From assembly GCA_964389655.1 (NCBI GenBank), contig CAYMED010000008.1:22052-86051 (forward strand): a stretch of DNA of 64,000 nt, read 5' to 3'. This document shows positions 39,618-47,851 of the stretch, in pieces. This DNA is from an uncultured Candidatus Poseidoniales archaeon. GTDB taxonomy: Archaea > Thermoplasmatota > Poseidoniia > Poseidoniales > CAYMED01. Each line of letters begins with the position of its first letter. Positions within the stretch are counted from its first letter, which is position 1. A program made the position numbers and the translations under genes. The notes under the pieces were generated by a model that was not told where the DNA came from, did no database searches, and worked only from the letters and a program-made list of their open reading frames with translations.

Positions 39618-40850
39618 GTGGCTGTCATGCCAAGCCAGCCAGAAGTCAACATCGGATTAGTTGGTCACGTAGACCATGGTAAGACTACTCTAACGCGTGC
39701 ACTTTCTGGTGAGTGGACAGATACCCATTCTGAGGAGCGAAAGCGTGGCATCTCAATTAAACTCGGTTACGCTGATACAGCATTCTATCGGACAAAGGAT
39801 GGACGAACATACTCAAGTGGTCGTCACCCAGATGAAAAGGAAGATCAATCCGAGGATTTGTTACGTGTTGTATCGTTTGTAGATTCGCCAGGTCATGAGA
39901 CCCTCATGGCGATTATGATTACGGGCGCCTCAATAATGGATGGAGCATTGCTATTGGTCGCTGCAAATGAAACGTGCCCGCAACCTCAGACAATTGAGCA
40001 TCTTATGGCGCTTGAAATTGCTGGAATTGACCGTCTTATTGTGGTTCAGAATAAAGTCGATGTCGTGAGCAAAGAACGGGCAATCGAAAACCAAGCCGAG
40101 ATCAAAGAATTTCTAGCAGGTACAATTGCAGAAGATGCTCCCATCATTCCAGTTAGTGCCCATCATGATGTGAATCTAGATATTCTAATTGAGGCCATAG
40201 AAAAGGTGATTCCAACACCCGACCGGGATGCAGATGCCCCCGGAATCATGCACATTGCGCGTTCATTCGATGTCAATCGGCCAGGAACCCGCCCTGCTGG
40301 GTTGAGGGGAGGAGTCATTGGAGGTAGCATTGTAATGGGATCCTTCCATCTTGATGATTCAATCGAAATTGGCCCAGGGAGAAGAAATGCGAAAGCTGGA
40401 AAGTGGGAACCAATTGAAACTAAGATCTCAGGCCTAAAAGGTGGCGGTTTGGACCTTGACCATATGCAAGCAGGTGGGCTTTGTGGAATTTCCACGCCCT
40501 TGGATCCGATTGTAACAAAGGGTGATTCATTATCAGGACAAATCGTTGCAAAATCTGGCCATCTTCCTCCAATTCACGACTCGATTCGAATTCAGTTACA
40601 TCTCCTCAAAACAATGCTCGACCCAGAAGGTGGATCATCCTCCAAGGTTGCTCCCCTTCAATCGAATGAGACATTAATGGTGAATGTCGCTACAGCAACC
40701 AGCGTTGGAGTGGTTAAAGAAACCAAATCTGGCAAGGCCACACTTCGCCTTCGTCTGCCAATATGTGCTGATGTTGGAGGAAGGGTTGCCCTTTCACGTC
40801 GAGTTGGTATGCGTTGGCGTCTGATTGGCTATGGCGTCATTATTGAGTGA
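39618..40850 (+). CDS. eif2g: Translation initiation factor aIF2 gamma
   Basis: QPEVNIGLVGHVDHGKTT, DSPGHE, NKVD, WRLIGYG. Confidence 0.97.
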   Translation: MAVMPSQPEVNIGLVGHVDHGKTTLTRALSGEWTDTHSEERKRGISIKLGYADTAFYRTKDGRTYSSGRHPDEKEDQSEDLLRVVSFVDSPGHETLMAIMITGASIMDGALLLVAANETCPQPQTIEHLMALEIAGIDRLIVVQNKVDVVSKERAIENQAEIKEFLAGTIAEDAPIIPVSAHHDVNLDILIEAIEKVIPTPDRDADAPGIMHIARSFDVNRPGTRPAGLRGGVIGGSIVMGSFHLDDSIEIGPGRRNAKAGKWEPIETKISGLKGGGLDLDHMQAGGLCGISTPLDPIVTKGDSLSGQIVAKSGHLPPIHDSIRIQLHLLKTMLDPEGGSSSKVAPLQSNETLMVNVATATSVGVVKETKSGKATLRLRLPICADVGGRVALSRRVGMRWRLIGYGVIIE

Positions 40851-41224
40851 TTCAGGTGGGCCGCACGGTCCTGATTGATGCATGCGGGTGGGTCGCGCTT
40901 GTTGATGCAGGGCTAAATCTCGATCTTGCTTTGAAAGAGATTGTTGGAAAAGCGGATCTTGTCGTAATCGACAAGGTGAAGAAGGAATTAGATCATATTG
41001 GAAAGCACCGAAATAATTTACTCCTTGACCTATTGTATTCTAAATCTCGAACGGTTTCAGCGCATGATGGTGGGCACACAGATGATCATTTGCTTGAATT
41101 ATCTAACAAATTGGATGCACCTGTATTGACAGTCGACAAGATGCTTAAGCGGCGGCTCATGAAAAGAGGCTGTTCCGTGATTGAAATTGTGCGTGGGAAG
41201 TATTTGCGATTGCTTGAGCCTTAA
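40847..41224 (+). CDS. PIN-domain protein (Fcf1/Utp24-like)
   Basis: VLIDA, VKKEL, TDD.LL, VLTVDK.LKRRL; conserved position after eif2g. Confidence 0.85.
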   Translation: MIQVGRTVLIDACGWVALVDAGLNLDLALKEIVGKADLVVIDKVKKELDHIGKHRNNLLLDLLYSKSRTVSAHDGGHTDDHLLELSNKLDAPVLTVDKMLKRRLMKRGCSVIEIVRGKYLRLLEP

Positions 41225-41299
41225 ATCTCCCCTAATATTGAATGCATCAAAGGGCCATCTTCCCAAGCATTGAATGCTCGCCTCCCACCCCTTGCGACC

Positions 41300-42310
41300 A
41301 TGCGGGATGTCATACTTGTCGTGATGATCTCGCTTTGCCTTTTTTCAGCTGGTTGCGTCGAGAAAATCCCTGAAGAGGCGGTTGACCCAAATGGTGATGA
41401 TGATCAAGATGGCTTACCGAATGGCTGGGAATTGGAACAGGGTCTTGACCCAAATAATGGGCAAGATGCCCCAAACTGCATGGGCGCTGTTGAATACTGT
41501 CTACGGGCATATGACAATTTTACGTTTGCTGAAACCCACAATTCGTTTGCAACATCGGATGATGGTGTTTACTATCCTGCATCAAATCATGACACAGGGC
41601 TTGACGCTCAATGGAATGGTGGCATTCGTGCGTTTATGCTGGATACACATCACCGTTCTGATACTGAAACCGATCAAGATGACATTGCTTTCTGCCATGG
41701 GAGTAACGATGCACTCATTCACCCATGCCTGTATAGTGAAGTTGATGCATTTGTTTGGCTTGAACAGTTACGCACTTTCATGGATTCAGACTCAAACCAG
41801 ATTGTAACTTTGTTGTTGGAGAATTATGTTCCTTCCAGCCACCTTGAGTACCTATTTAACCAGACAGGAATGCTTGAACGTGCCTATGTCCATCAGATTG
41901 GCGATACGTGGCCAACATTGGGTGAAATGATACTTTCAAACCGCACTTTAGTGATCTTTTGGGATGGTTCTGATGACTCATCTTATCCTTGGCTACATCA
42001 TGCTTGGACACATAGCTGGGATACCCCATATGGTGAAAGCGATGAAAGTGAGATGTCTTGCCAAGTTGGGCGTGGTAATGGAGATCAACCCGTTTGGCAC
42101 CTAAATAATTGGTTGAGCAATGCGTTTGGTCTTTCAGATCCCCTGCGCGCTGAGAGTGTCAATAATTATGAATCACTGCGTCAAAGGGCACTTGGATGCT
42201 GGGAAGAGGTTGGAAATCGGCCCACATTTATTGCAGTTGATTGGTGGGAAGATGGGGATGTCGTAAGTGTTGTAGAATCGCTTAATTCAGTCACACACTG
42301 GAGTACCTAA
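41300..42310 (+). CDS. Secreted or lipid-anchored PI-PLC X-domain (PLC-like phosphodiesterase) protein
   Basis: Lipobox-like LFSAGC, an Asp-rich DDDQDGLPNGWE..GLDP repeat, ETHNSF, GIRAFMLDTH, FCHG, IVTLLLEN, RPTFIAVDWW. Confidence 0.85.
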   Translation: MRDVILVVMISLCLFSAGCVEKIPEEAVDPNGDDDQDGLPNGWELEQGLDPNNGQDAPNCMGAVEYCLRAYDNFTFAETHNSFATSDDGVYYPASNHDTGLDAQWNGGIRAFMLDTHHRSDTETDQDDIAFCHGSNDALIHPCLYSEVDAFVWLEQLRTFMDSDSNQIVTLLLENYVPSSHLEYLFNQTGMLERAYVHQIGDTWPTLGEMILSNRTLVIFWDGSDDSSYPWLHHAWTHSWDTPYGESDESEMSCQVGRGNGDQPVWHLNNWLSNAFGLSDPLRAESVNNYESLRQRALGCWEEVGNRPTFIAVDWWEDGDVVSVVESLNSVTHWST

Positions 42311-42327
42311 TTTGTAATATCCAATGC

Positions 42328-42528
42328 TTAGGATTTTTCACGAGTAAATGCTTGTACCATCATCATTCCATGATTTTCAGCATCTCCCCATCCGCCCATT
42401 GAAGGCCCTCCTAGGGGTTTCCAACCTTCATTAAGCAATTTTGAAACCATTTGCCTAAATTCTTCCTGAGATTCTTGGCTTCTGTTTCGGTCAATCGCCA
42501 AGATTCGCCATGTATACTCAACTGACAT
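42328..42528 (-). CDS. DUF1737-like small protein
   Basis: F...VSKLLNEGWKPLGGPS ... QAF pattern. Confidence 0.7.
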   Translation of the reverse strand: MSVEYTWRILAIDRNRSQESQEEFRQMVSKLLNEGWKPLGGPSMGGWGDAENHGMMMVQAFTREKS

Positions 42529-42639
42529 ACTCCCTGCGAGAACAAGAACCCTTCTTTTAAGTGTTGAAAATTCAGCATTGATTATTGAAGATTAGGGTGT
42601 TTCAATAAGCAGAAGAAGGAAAGCCAGTTCGAGAGACGC

Positions 42640-42999
42640 ATGGGGAGCATCAATTTCAAGGACAAATTTTCCAAATTTACAGATCATTGGTCGCCGAAGG
42701 TCATTGCTGAGATGAATGATTATCAATTCAAATTGGTTAAGATTGAAGGGGATTTTGTTTGGCATCATCATGCGGATACTGACGAGGTATTCATCGTGAT
42801 TGAGGGTGATATGAAAATTGACTTTAGGGATGGATATGTTAAATTGAGTGAGGGTGAATTGTATGTGGTTCCAAGAGGGATGGAACACAAACCGAGCTCT
42901 GAAAATGAGTGCAAAATATTACTCATCGAACCTCGTGGAGTTGTGAATACGGGCAATAGAGATGGTGAGCTGACAGCATCTAACGATGTGTGGGTATAG
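42640..42999 (+). CDS. Cupin-domain protein
   Basis: [13 protein letters not shown] ... [10 protein letters not shown] ... LLIEP..VNTG. Confidence 0.92.
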   Translation: MGSINFKDKFSKFTDHWSPKVIAEMNDYQFKLVKIEGDFVWHHHADTDEVFIVIEGDMKIDFRDGYVKLSEGELYVVPRGMEHKPSSENECKILLIEPRGVVNTGNRDGELTASNDVWV

Positions 43000-43165
43000 A
43001 AAAGGGTCAAACACAATTTGTGGTAGTTACTTTATCCGCGATCCTGAGCGAGTAATTCAAAATCATTCCCGTTTTGTTTTTTCCTCTCAATTCATTGATG
43101 CTTAGATTTGATGAAGATTGCTCAATTAATGATGATTCCAAATAGGATAACTCGGTGCGCGCATC

Positions 43166-44470
43166 ATGCCAGATCCTGTCTTAAGTCCAGATGGTAAATT
43201 CATGTGGACTGGAAGTGAATGGATTCCCGCACCTCCTGCTGTTGAACCAGAACCAGCCGCACCGAGTGAACAAGCACTCAATATGCAGGACTCTGTCATC
43301 GGTGGAGATGTTGTCCACAGCACGGTCATCAACAATGATCCAACGACCGTCACGACCGCAGTAATCGCAGCTCTACAGCAGATGGGTATGGTCAATCAGA
43401 CACCAGCCGCACCCGCAGCACCCCCCCCTACACCCGAAGTCGAGTTGCCAGCCGCATTCAGTGTTGGGGACCATGTCGAATATCACAGCCCAACCAATGC
43501 TCGCTGGCTGGACCGCTGCAAAGTTGTCGCTGTCAATGATGATGGAACATACCGGATTGAAGTACCCAAGAGCACGAGAGTGGAAACCAAGCATGCTGTT
43601 GTCATTGGTTCAGCACTAGGTACCATTCGACCTGCGAGTCCGCCATACAACGCTGGTGACCGGGTATTGGTCAATTGGAAGAATTACGGGACTTACTACC
43701 CTGGGAAAATTATGGCAGAAAATGAAGATCATACATTTTCAATATTTTTTGATGATGAGGATTGGGAGTATAATGTCGAATGGGGTAGAATCGAGCCACT
43801 TATGGAAGACTCTTCAGACGAGGTTCAAGACTATCTCGAGAATGTCGTAGATGCCGAGAGAGAGCTAATCGAGGCGTTCCAGATGTTTGATGAAGAAGGA
43901 ACTGGAACCATTTCTGCGCGAAAATATTTCGAAATCCTCACCGAAATTGGTGATGACCCGATTTCTGTTGATGATGTGTTGGAAGACTTCGCAGCCCTTG
44001 GAATCGGGATAGATTCTGAAATCGATTATCGAGAGTTGGCCAAATACATGGTCAGCACCGAAGGTGGTGCTGAACCTGAGCAGCAAAAAACCGAGGTGAT
44101 CATTCGTGATGCAGAGATTGTTGATGGATGCCTCAAAGGGTTTGCATATGCCCACCCTAAACTCGGCGAAGGACCCGTGAATACGTCTAGAATTATGGGG
44201 ATTTCCTACGATGAAAGGGCAACTGCGCGTGTGGAAACACGAAATTCGATGTATGTTGTTGGACCCACGGGTTGGAAGGTCATACCAGATGGCCACCCAT
44301 TCCTGATTCGATCCTCGGTCGGTGACCGAGTCGAGGTTGAATGGCAGGGAAGTTGGTGGACTGCGCAAATCCTAGAATGTGATGATGAGAGATACCTGAT
44401 TACATACATCGGATTCGATTCGAGTTGGGATGAATGGGTCGGTCCGGAACGAATTCAGAAAATATCCTAA
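43166..44470 (+). CDS. Multidomain Tudor / EF-hand / chromo-barrel (Agenet-like) protein
   Basis: N-terminal SPDGKFMWTGSEWIP motif; two Tudor/SH3-like barrels; EAFQMFDEEGTGTIS..EIDYREL EF-hand pair; HPKLGEGPVNTS domain; VGDRVEVEW..WW.A.I..YLITYIGFDSSWDEWV barrel. Confidence 0.85.
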   Translation: MPDPVLSPDGKFMWTGSEWIPAPPAVEPEPAAPSEQALNMQDSVIGGDVVHSTVINNDPTTVTTAVIAALQQMGMVNQTPAAPAAPPPTPEVELPAAFSVGDHVEYHSPTNARWLDRCKVVAVNDDGTYRIEVPKSTRVETKHAVVIGSALGTIRPASPPYNAGDRVLVNWKNYGTYYPGKIMAENEDHTFSIFFDDEDWEYNVEWGRIEPLMEDSSDEVQDYLENVVDAERELIEAFQMFDEEGTGTISARKYFEILTEIGDDPISVDDVLEDFAALGIGIDSEIDYRELAKYMVSTEGGAEPEQQKTEVIIRDAEIVDGCLKGFAYAHPKLGEGPVNTSRIMGISYDERATARVETRNSMYVVGPTGWKVIPDGHPFLIRSSVGDRVEVEWQGSWWTAQILECDDERYLITYIGFDSSWDEWVGPERIQKIS

Positions 44471-44485
44471 TCACGTAGTGATTAA

Positions 44486-44632
44486 ACGCTACACAACCTC
44501 GGGTGAAGGCCAGTGCGTACACCTACAACTCTAAACCTCCTTTATGACGAACAAAGAAATGCCAAGGTTGAGACACAGAATACGGTGTATGTCGTTGGAC
44601 TTAATGATTGGAAAATTCGTAAACGACCATCC
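44486..44632 (+). pseudogene. Decayed partial duplicate of an internal domain of the upstream gene
   Basis: VRTPTTLNLLYDEQRNAKVETQNTVYVVGLNDWK matches VNTSRIMGISYDERATARVETRNSMYVVGPTGWK. The preceding LGEGP codons are frameshifted (ctcgggtgaaggccagtg vs ctcggcgaaggacccgtg). Confidence 0.75.
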
Positions 44633-44683
44633 ACTGAACTGATTCTATTAGCCGGAAAGTCAAGAAGTGAGGCCAATGACGTC

Positions 44684-44760
44684 TTGCAGCCTCGGGATCG
44701 GGGCGAGGGGCCCGAGGTGTGCTTCACCTCGCCGGGTGTGCAACTGTGAACCCTCGTTCC
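44684..44760. ncRNA. Candidate GC-rich structured element (family unassigned)
   Basis: Overlapping stems CCTCGGG/CCCGAGG, CGAGGTG/CACCTCG, GGCGAGG/CCTCGCC, CGAGGG/CCCTCG and TTGCA/TGCAA in a less GC-rich context. Confidence 0.35.
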
Positions 44761-44809
44761 ACCATACTAGGTTTGAAAAGTGAATTACCCCTCAAAGTGC
44801 TGTATTCAC

Positions 44810-45547
44810 ATGCTAGGAACTCCATCTTCACAGTTGCCTTGGTCATGGCCTTGGTGTGATGTCAATGGAAAGCGAATGCGCCCTTTGACTTGGATCATTT
44901 CTCGTCCTTTTACGCACATCTATTTGTTATCGATTTGGATGATCTGGCTTTTCCTTGGATTTGGTCCTGAATCGAATTGTGATCGGTCTTCTACGCCCTT
45001 TCATTGCCTCGCAGCTTTCTGGCCAGCAGATGTTCTGTATTCGCCGTTAGAATTTCTAGCAGCAATTCCTATAGCCCCTTTTTTCCATAGTAATGAACTT
45101 CATCATATCCTATTTGTTTCGGCAGGAGTCATCCTTTTTGTACAGTCATTTGAAGTTAGAGCCGGCTTTATCCCAACAGTTCTGATCTTCTTCCTTTCTG
45201 TTGGATTTGCTGCCGTGACCGTCGCATTGGGTATGAATCTAGCAACTCTTGCCTTTCCAGACGATGCAATCCTCAAAGAAGGAATGGCTCGAAACTGGAA
45301 AGGTGGTTCTGTTGGTTTCTTTGGCATAATTGGGGCTTCTGCACATCAGTCAAGCAAACGCTGGCTTCTTCCAGTTATTGCCATCCTATTCGAAATTTGG
45401 AATCACAATTTCAATGATATTATTCTCTTCACTTCCGCAGCACATTTATCAGCGATGGGCTTCGGTTTCTTGTGCTGGGGATGGTGGACCAGTCGTTTAC
45501 CTCACACGTCAGATTACAAGATTGCATCCGATCGCCTAGCAACCTAG
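44810..45547 (+). CDS. Divergent rhomboid-like intramembrane protease
   Basis: APFFHSNELHHILF..FE..G, GGSVG (catalytic Ser position), AAHLSA (catalytic His position); about 6 TMs. Confidence 0.65.
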   Translation: MLGTPSSQLPWSWPWCDVNGKRMRPLTWIISRPFTHIYLLSIWMIWLFLGFGPESNCDRSSTPFHCLAAFWPADVLYSPLEFLAAIPIAPFFHSNELHHILFVSAGVILFVQSFEVRAGFIPTVLIFFLSVGFAAVTVALGMNLATLAFPDDAILKEGMARNWKGGSVGFFGIIGASAHQSSKRWLLPVIAILFEIWNHNFNDIILFTSAAHLSAMGFGFLCWGWWTSRLPHTSDYKIASDRLAT

Positions 45548-45565
45548 ATTTCACCCTCTTATTGA

Positions 45566-46120
45566 TCACCAAGGAAATCTGATGCTCCACCAAATTGCAT
45601 CATTGATGATGACTTGAATTGCAAACATGCCTACACCCAAGAGGCACACTTTCGTATATTTTCCAATTTTTTTGCGATGTGCATCCCAGGCCAACATCCC
45701 TAGCAAGATATTTCCTATTGCGACTAAGGTAAGGTCTGCAATGACAATGAATGGTGACCAATTGTACGCATGGTGGATGTGAAATATGGTTAATTCAAGC
45801 CATAACGATGAGGGGATGAGAATCAGAAGGTAGGCTAGCAAAAGTCGTCTATGTCCTCCTTTTTCGGTATTGTTCCATGGCCAGTCTAACCTTTCGACTA
45901 GTTGTTCTTCCCATTTATACAAGAATAGCCACCACATCACGAGAAAGCCCAAGGCCGCAATGAACATACATGAAACATTCAACATGCGCAGTGATTCAGG
46001 TATCCCCCCCCAAAGGAGATCTTTGTTGGATATCCGTGCTAGCCCTGCAGCATATGATATCAGTACCAGAGGTCCAAGAACATAGACCGTATTGCGCACG
46101 GTTGTCCGATTTGCTTTCAT
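45566..46120 (-). CDS. Hypothetical multi-pass membrane protein
   Basis: About five TMs; LWGGIP and NDAIWW motifs; GAGGATG RBS. Confidence 0.75.
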   Translation of the reverse strand: MKANRTTVRNTVYVLGPLVLISYAAGLARISNKDLLWGGIPESLRMLNVSCMFIAALGFLVMWWLFLYKWEEQLVERLDWPWNNTEKGGHRRLLLAYLLILIPSSLWLELTIFHIHHAYNWSPFIVIADLTLVAIGNILLGMLAWDAHRKKIGKYTKVCLLGVGMFAIQVIINDAIWWSIRFPW

Positions 46121-46149
46121 TTGAACATCCTCTCATGAAATGTGATTAG

Positions 46150-46404
46150 TCAATCATAACGGTAATTTCTCGTCCTATTTATGCTATTTCGTGTTCTCAA
46201 TCCAAGAAAAAAACCAGCACTATTTACAATGATGTCGGAAATTTTGTTGTCCCATGTTTCTATAGTAAATTCGTAAGGAAGTACCAATTCAAGAAGTTCC
46301 CAACTGAGCGAGAGTGCAAAGAAAATATACCAACTTCTCAATATGAATCTCCCAAATAAAGCCCACAGGAGAAAGTGTCCCAATGACCAAAGGTTCAGTA
46401 TCAT
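46150..46404 (-). CDS. Small membrane protein with H...WE..E...D motif
   Basis: WSLGHF..WELLE..ETWDNKISDIIVN, typical of small putative metal-binding membrane families. ATG 46404. Confidence 0.7.
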   Translation of the reverse strand: MILNLWSLGHFLLWALFGRFILRSWYIFFALSLSWELLELVLPYEFTIETWDNKISDIIVNSAGFFLGLRTRNSINRTRNYRYD

Positions 46405-46527
46405 CAAAATTGACACTATATGGTGCCGCTTAAATCGTATTCCGAAAAAATAGATCTGCATGAATTCAATGCATTGTTGATCTGGAATCACGAATGGTCA
46501 AGGAGTCTAACTCCTTCCGGAAGCACG

Positions 46528-47790
46528 ATGGTCCCTCATTTAGTTGCCTGTCTACGCGACCTCGATCCACCAGTGGGGGGCGCAGAGATGAGTCTGATGG
46601 CGCTACTCAAGGGTGTTTCAGCCCGGGGTCCAAAGATTGATGATGCGCCAATTTATCTTCCATGTGAGAAAGAAGAAAGCATTAGCAATGATTTGTTCTC
46701 AGATAACTGGACCGTCAGTGTTTACCAATCCAATGACCGTGGTAGGCGGGTTGAAGAAAAAGGCGTTGCGGACTTTTACAGAGAATACACATCAATTCCT
46801 GTTGAAAGTCTATTTTCAGGTGCTGCTTGGAGGCTGCGTTCACGTAGTACGCAGAGGCCAAACAAGAAACTACTGCACAGGCATCTAAAGAGGCGGAATC
46901 ATGCCTTTGGAAAGTGGCTTCTTCCGCGATTGTCTAATTTGAAAGAGAGGTCTGAAATTGAACATAAGCGTGTGATTGGAGTAACGCAACTCGATTGGTC
47001 CGCGGGAGCCGCTTTCGCCTTTTCAGAGGTTGGAATTCCATGGATCGTTTTCGTCCGTGATGAACTACAATTTCATCAACCTAGTCTCTTTCGCGCATCT
47101 CTTGATGGGGCAATTGCGGTATGTGGTGCCGGTGAAGGACTCCTTCACCAGATCAGCGATGTCTTCGCCCCAAAGAAAGTTGTCAATGTACCCCTTCCCA
47201 TCGATTTTCAGGGCCGATTTGGCACTTTAGATGACATTGCTTCGATCAAGGAAGAGGGGCTTTCAAAGCGCAAGAAAAGCAATGATCTTCAAACCCCTCG
47301 AATCGCTATTGTTGGCGTCTCTCCTGAGAAAGGGGCCTCATTTTATCCGCAATTGCTTGATGCTCTATCTGAAACATGGCCATCGGCGCAAATCGATGTC
47401 TATGGAGATGGATCATATGCTAGTTCACTCGGTCAACATTCAAATGCAAATTGGCATGGGCACGCCTCCACCGCAGATGTGTTTTCATCATGTGATTTAC
47501 ATTTGCTCACCGTAGAAAGTACTGGTACGTGGGGGCGCGTCATCAATGAGGCAGGGCTCTTCGGTGTTCCAACGGTTTCCGTTGATATTGGGAGTCAAGC
47601 GGAAGCCGTTGGCCCCGGTGGGCGCATCCTTCCCCAAAATGCAAACCTTGATGCATGGGTATCTGCCCTACAGGAGGTCTATGAACAGCGATCTGAATAT
47701 GGAGAAAAGGCAAAAGAGCATGCAGGTGTTAGCGATCATCGTCGATCGATTGCGATTTTCCGAACACTTCTGCATGAACTCATTGAGTAG
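46528..47790 (+). CDS. Glycosyltransferase, GT4-like
   Basis: PPVGGAEMS, PEKG, and TWGRVINEAGLFGVP (a variant of ExFGxxxxEA). Confidence 0.85.
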   Translation: MVPHLVACLRDLDPPVGGAEMSLMALLKGVSARGPKIDDAPIYLPCEKEESISNDLFSDNWTVSVYQSNDRGRRVEEKGVADFYREYTSIPVESLFSGAAWRLRSRSTQRPNKKLLHRHLKRRNHAFGKWLLPRLSNLKERSEIEHKRVIGVTQLDWSAGAAFAFSEVGIPWIVFVRDELQFHQPSLFRASLDGAIAVCGAGEGLLHQISDVFAPKKVVNVPLPIDFQGRFGTLDDIASIKEEGLSKRKKSNDLQTPRIAIVGVSPEKGASFYPQLLDALSETWPSAQIDVYGDGSYASSLGQHSNANWHGHASTADVFSSCDLHLLTVESTGTWGRVINEAGLFGVPTVSVDIGSQAEAVGPGGRILPQNANLDAWVSALQEVYEQRSEYGEKAKEHAGVSDHRRSIAIFRTLLHELIE

Positions 47791-47851
47791 GGTGCGAAAT
47801 TCAAGATGAATCATTGCCTATCCAATAATGGTGGTTTTGAGTGAACATGTA

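Noticed and set aside
44684-44760. Cobalamin riboswitch (GCAACTGTGA), HDV-like ribozyme or tRNA
   Set aside because: The GGGAA and B12-box elements are missing, the L3-equivalent is too long for an HDV fold, and there is no cloverleaf or T-loop. Kept only as an unassigned structure.
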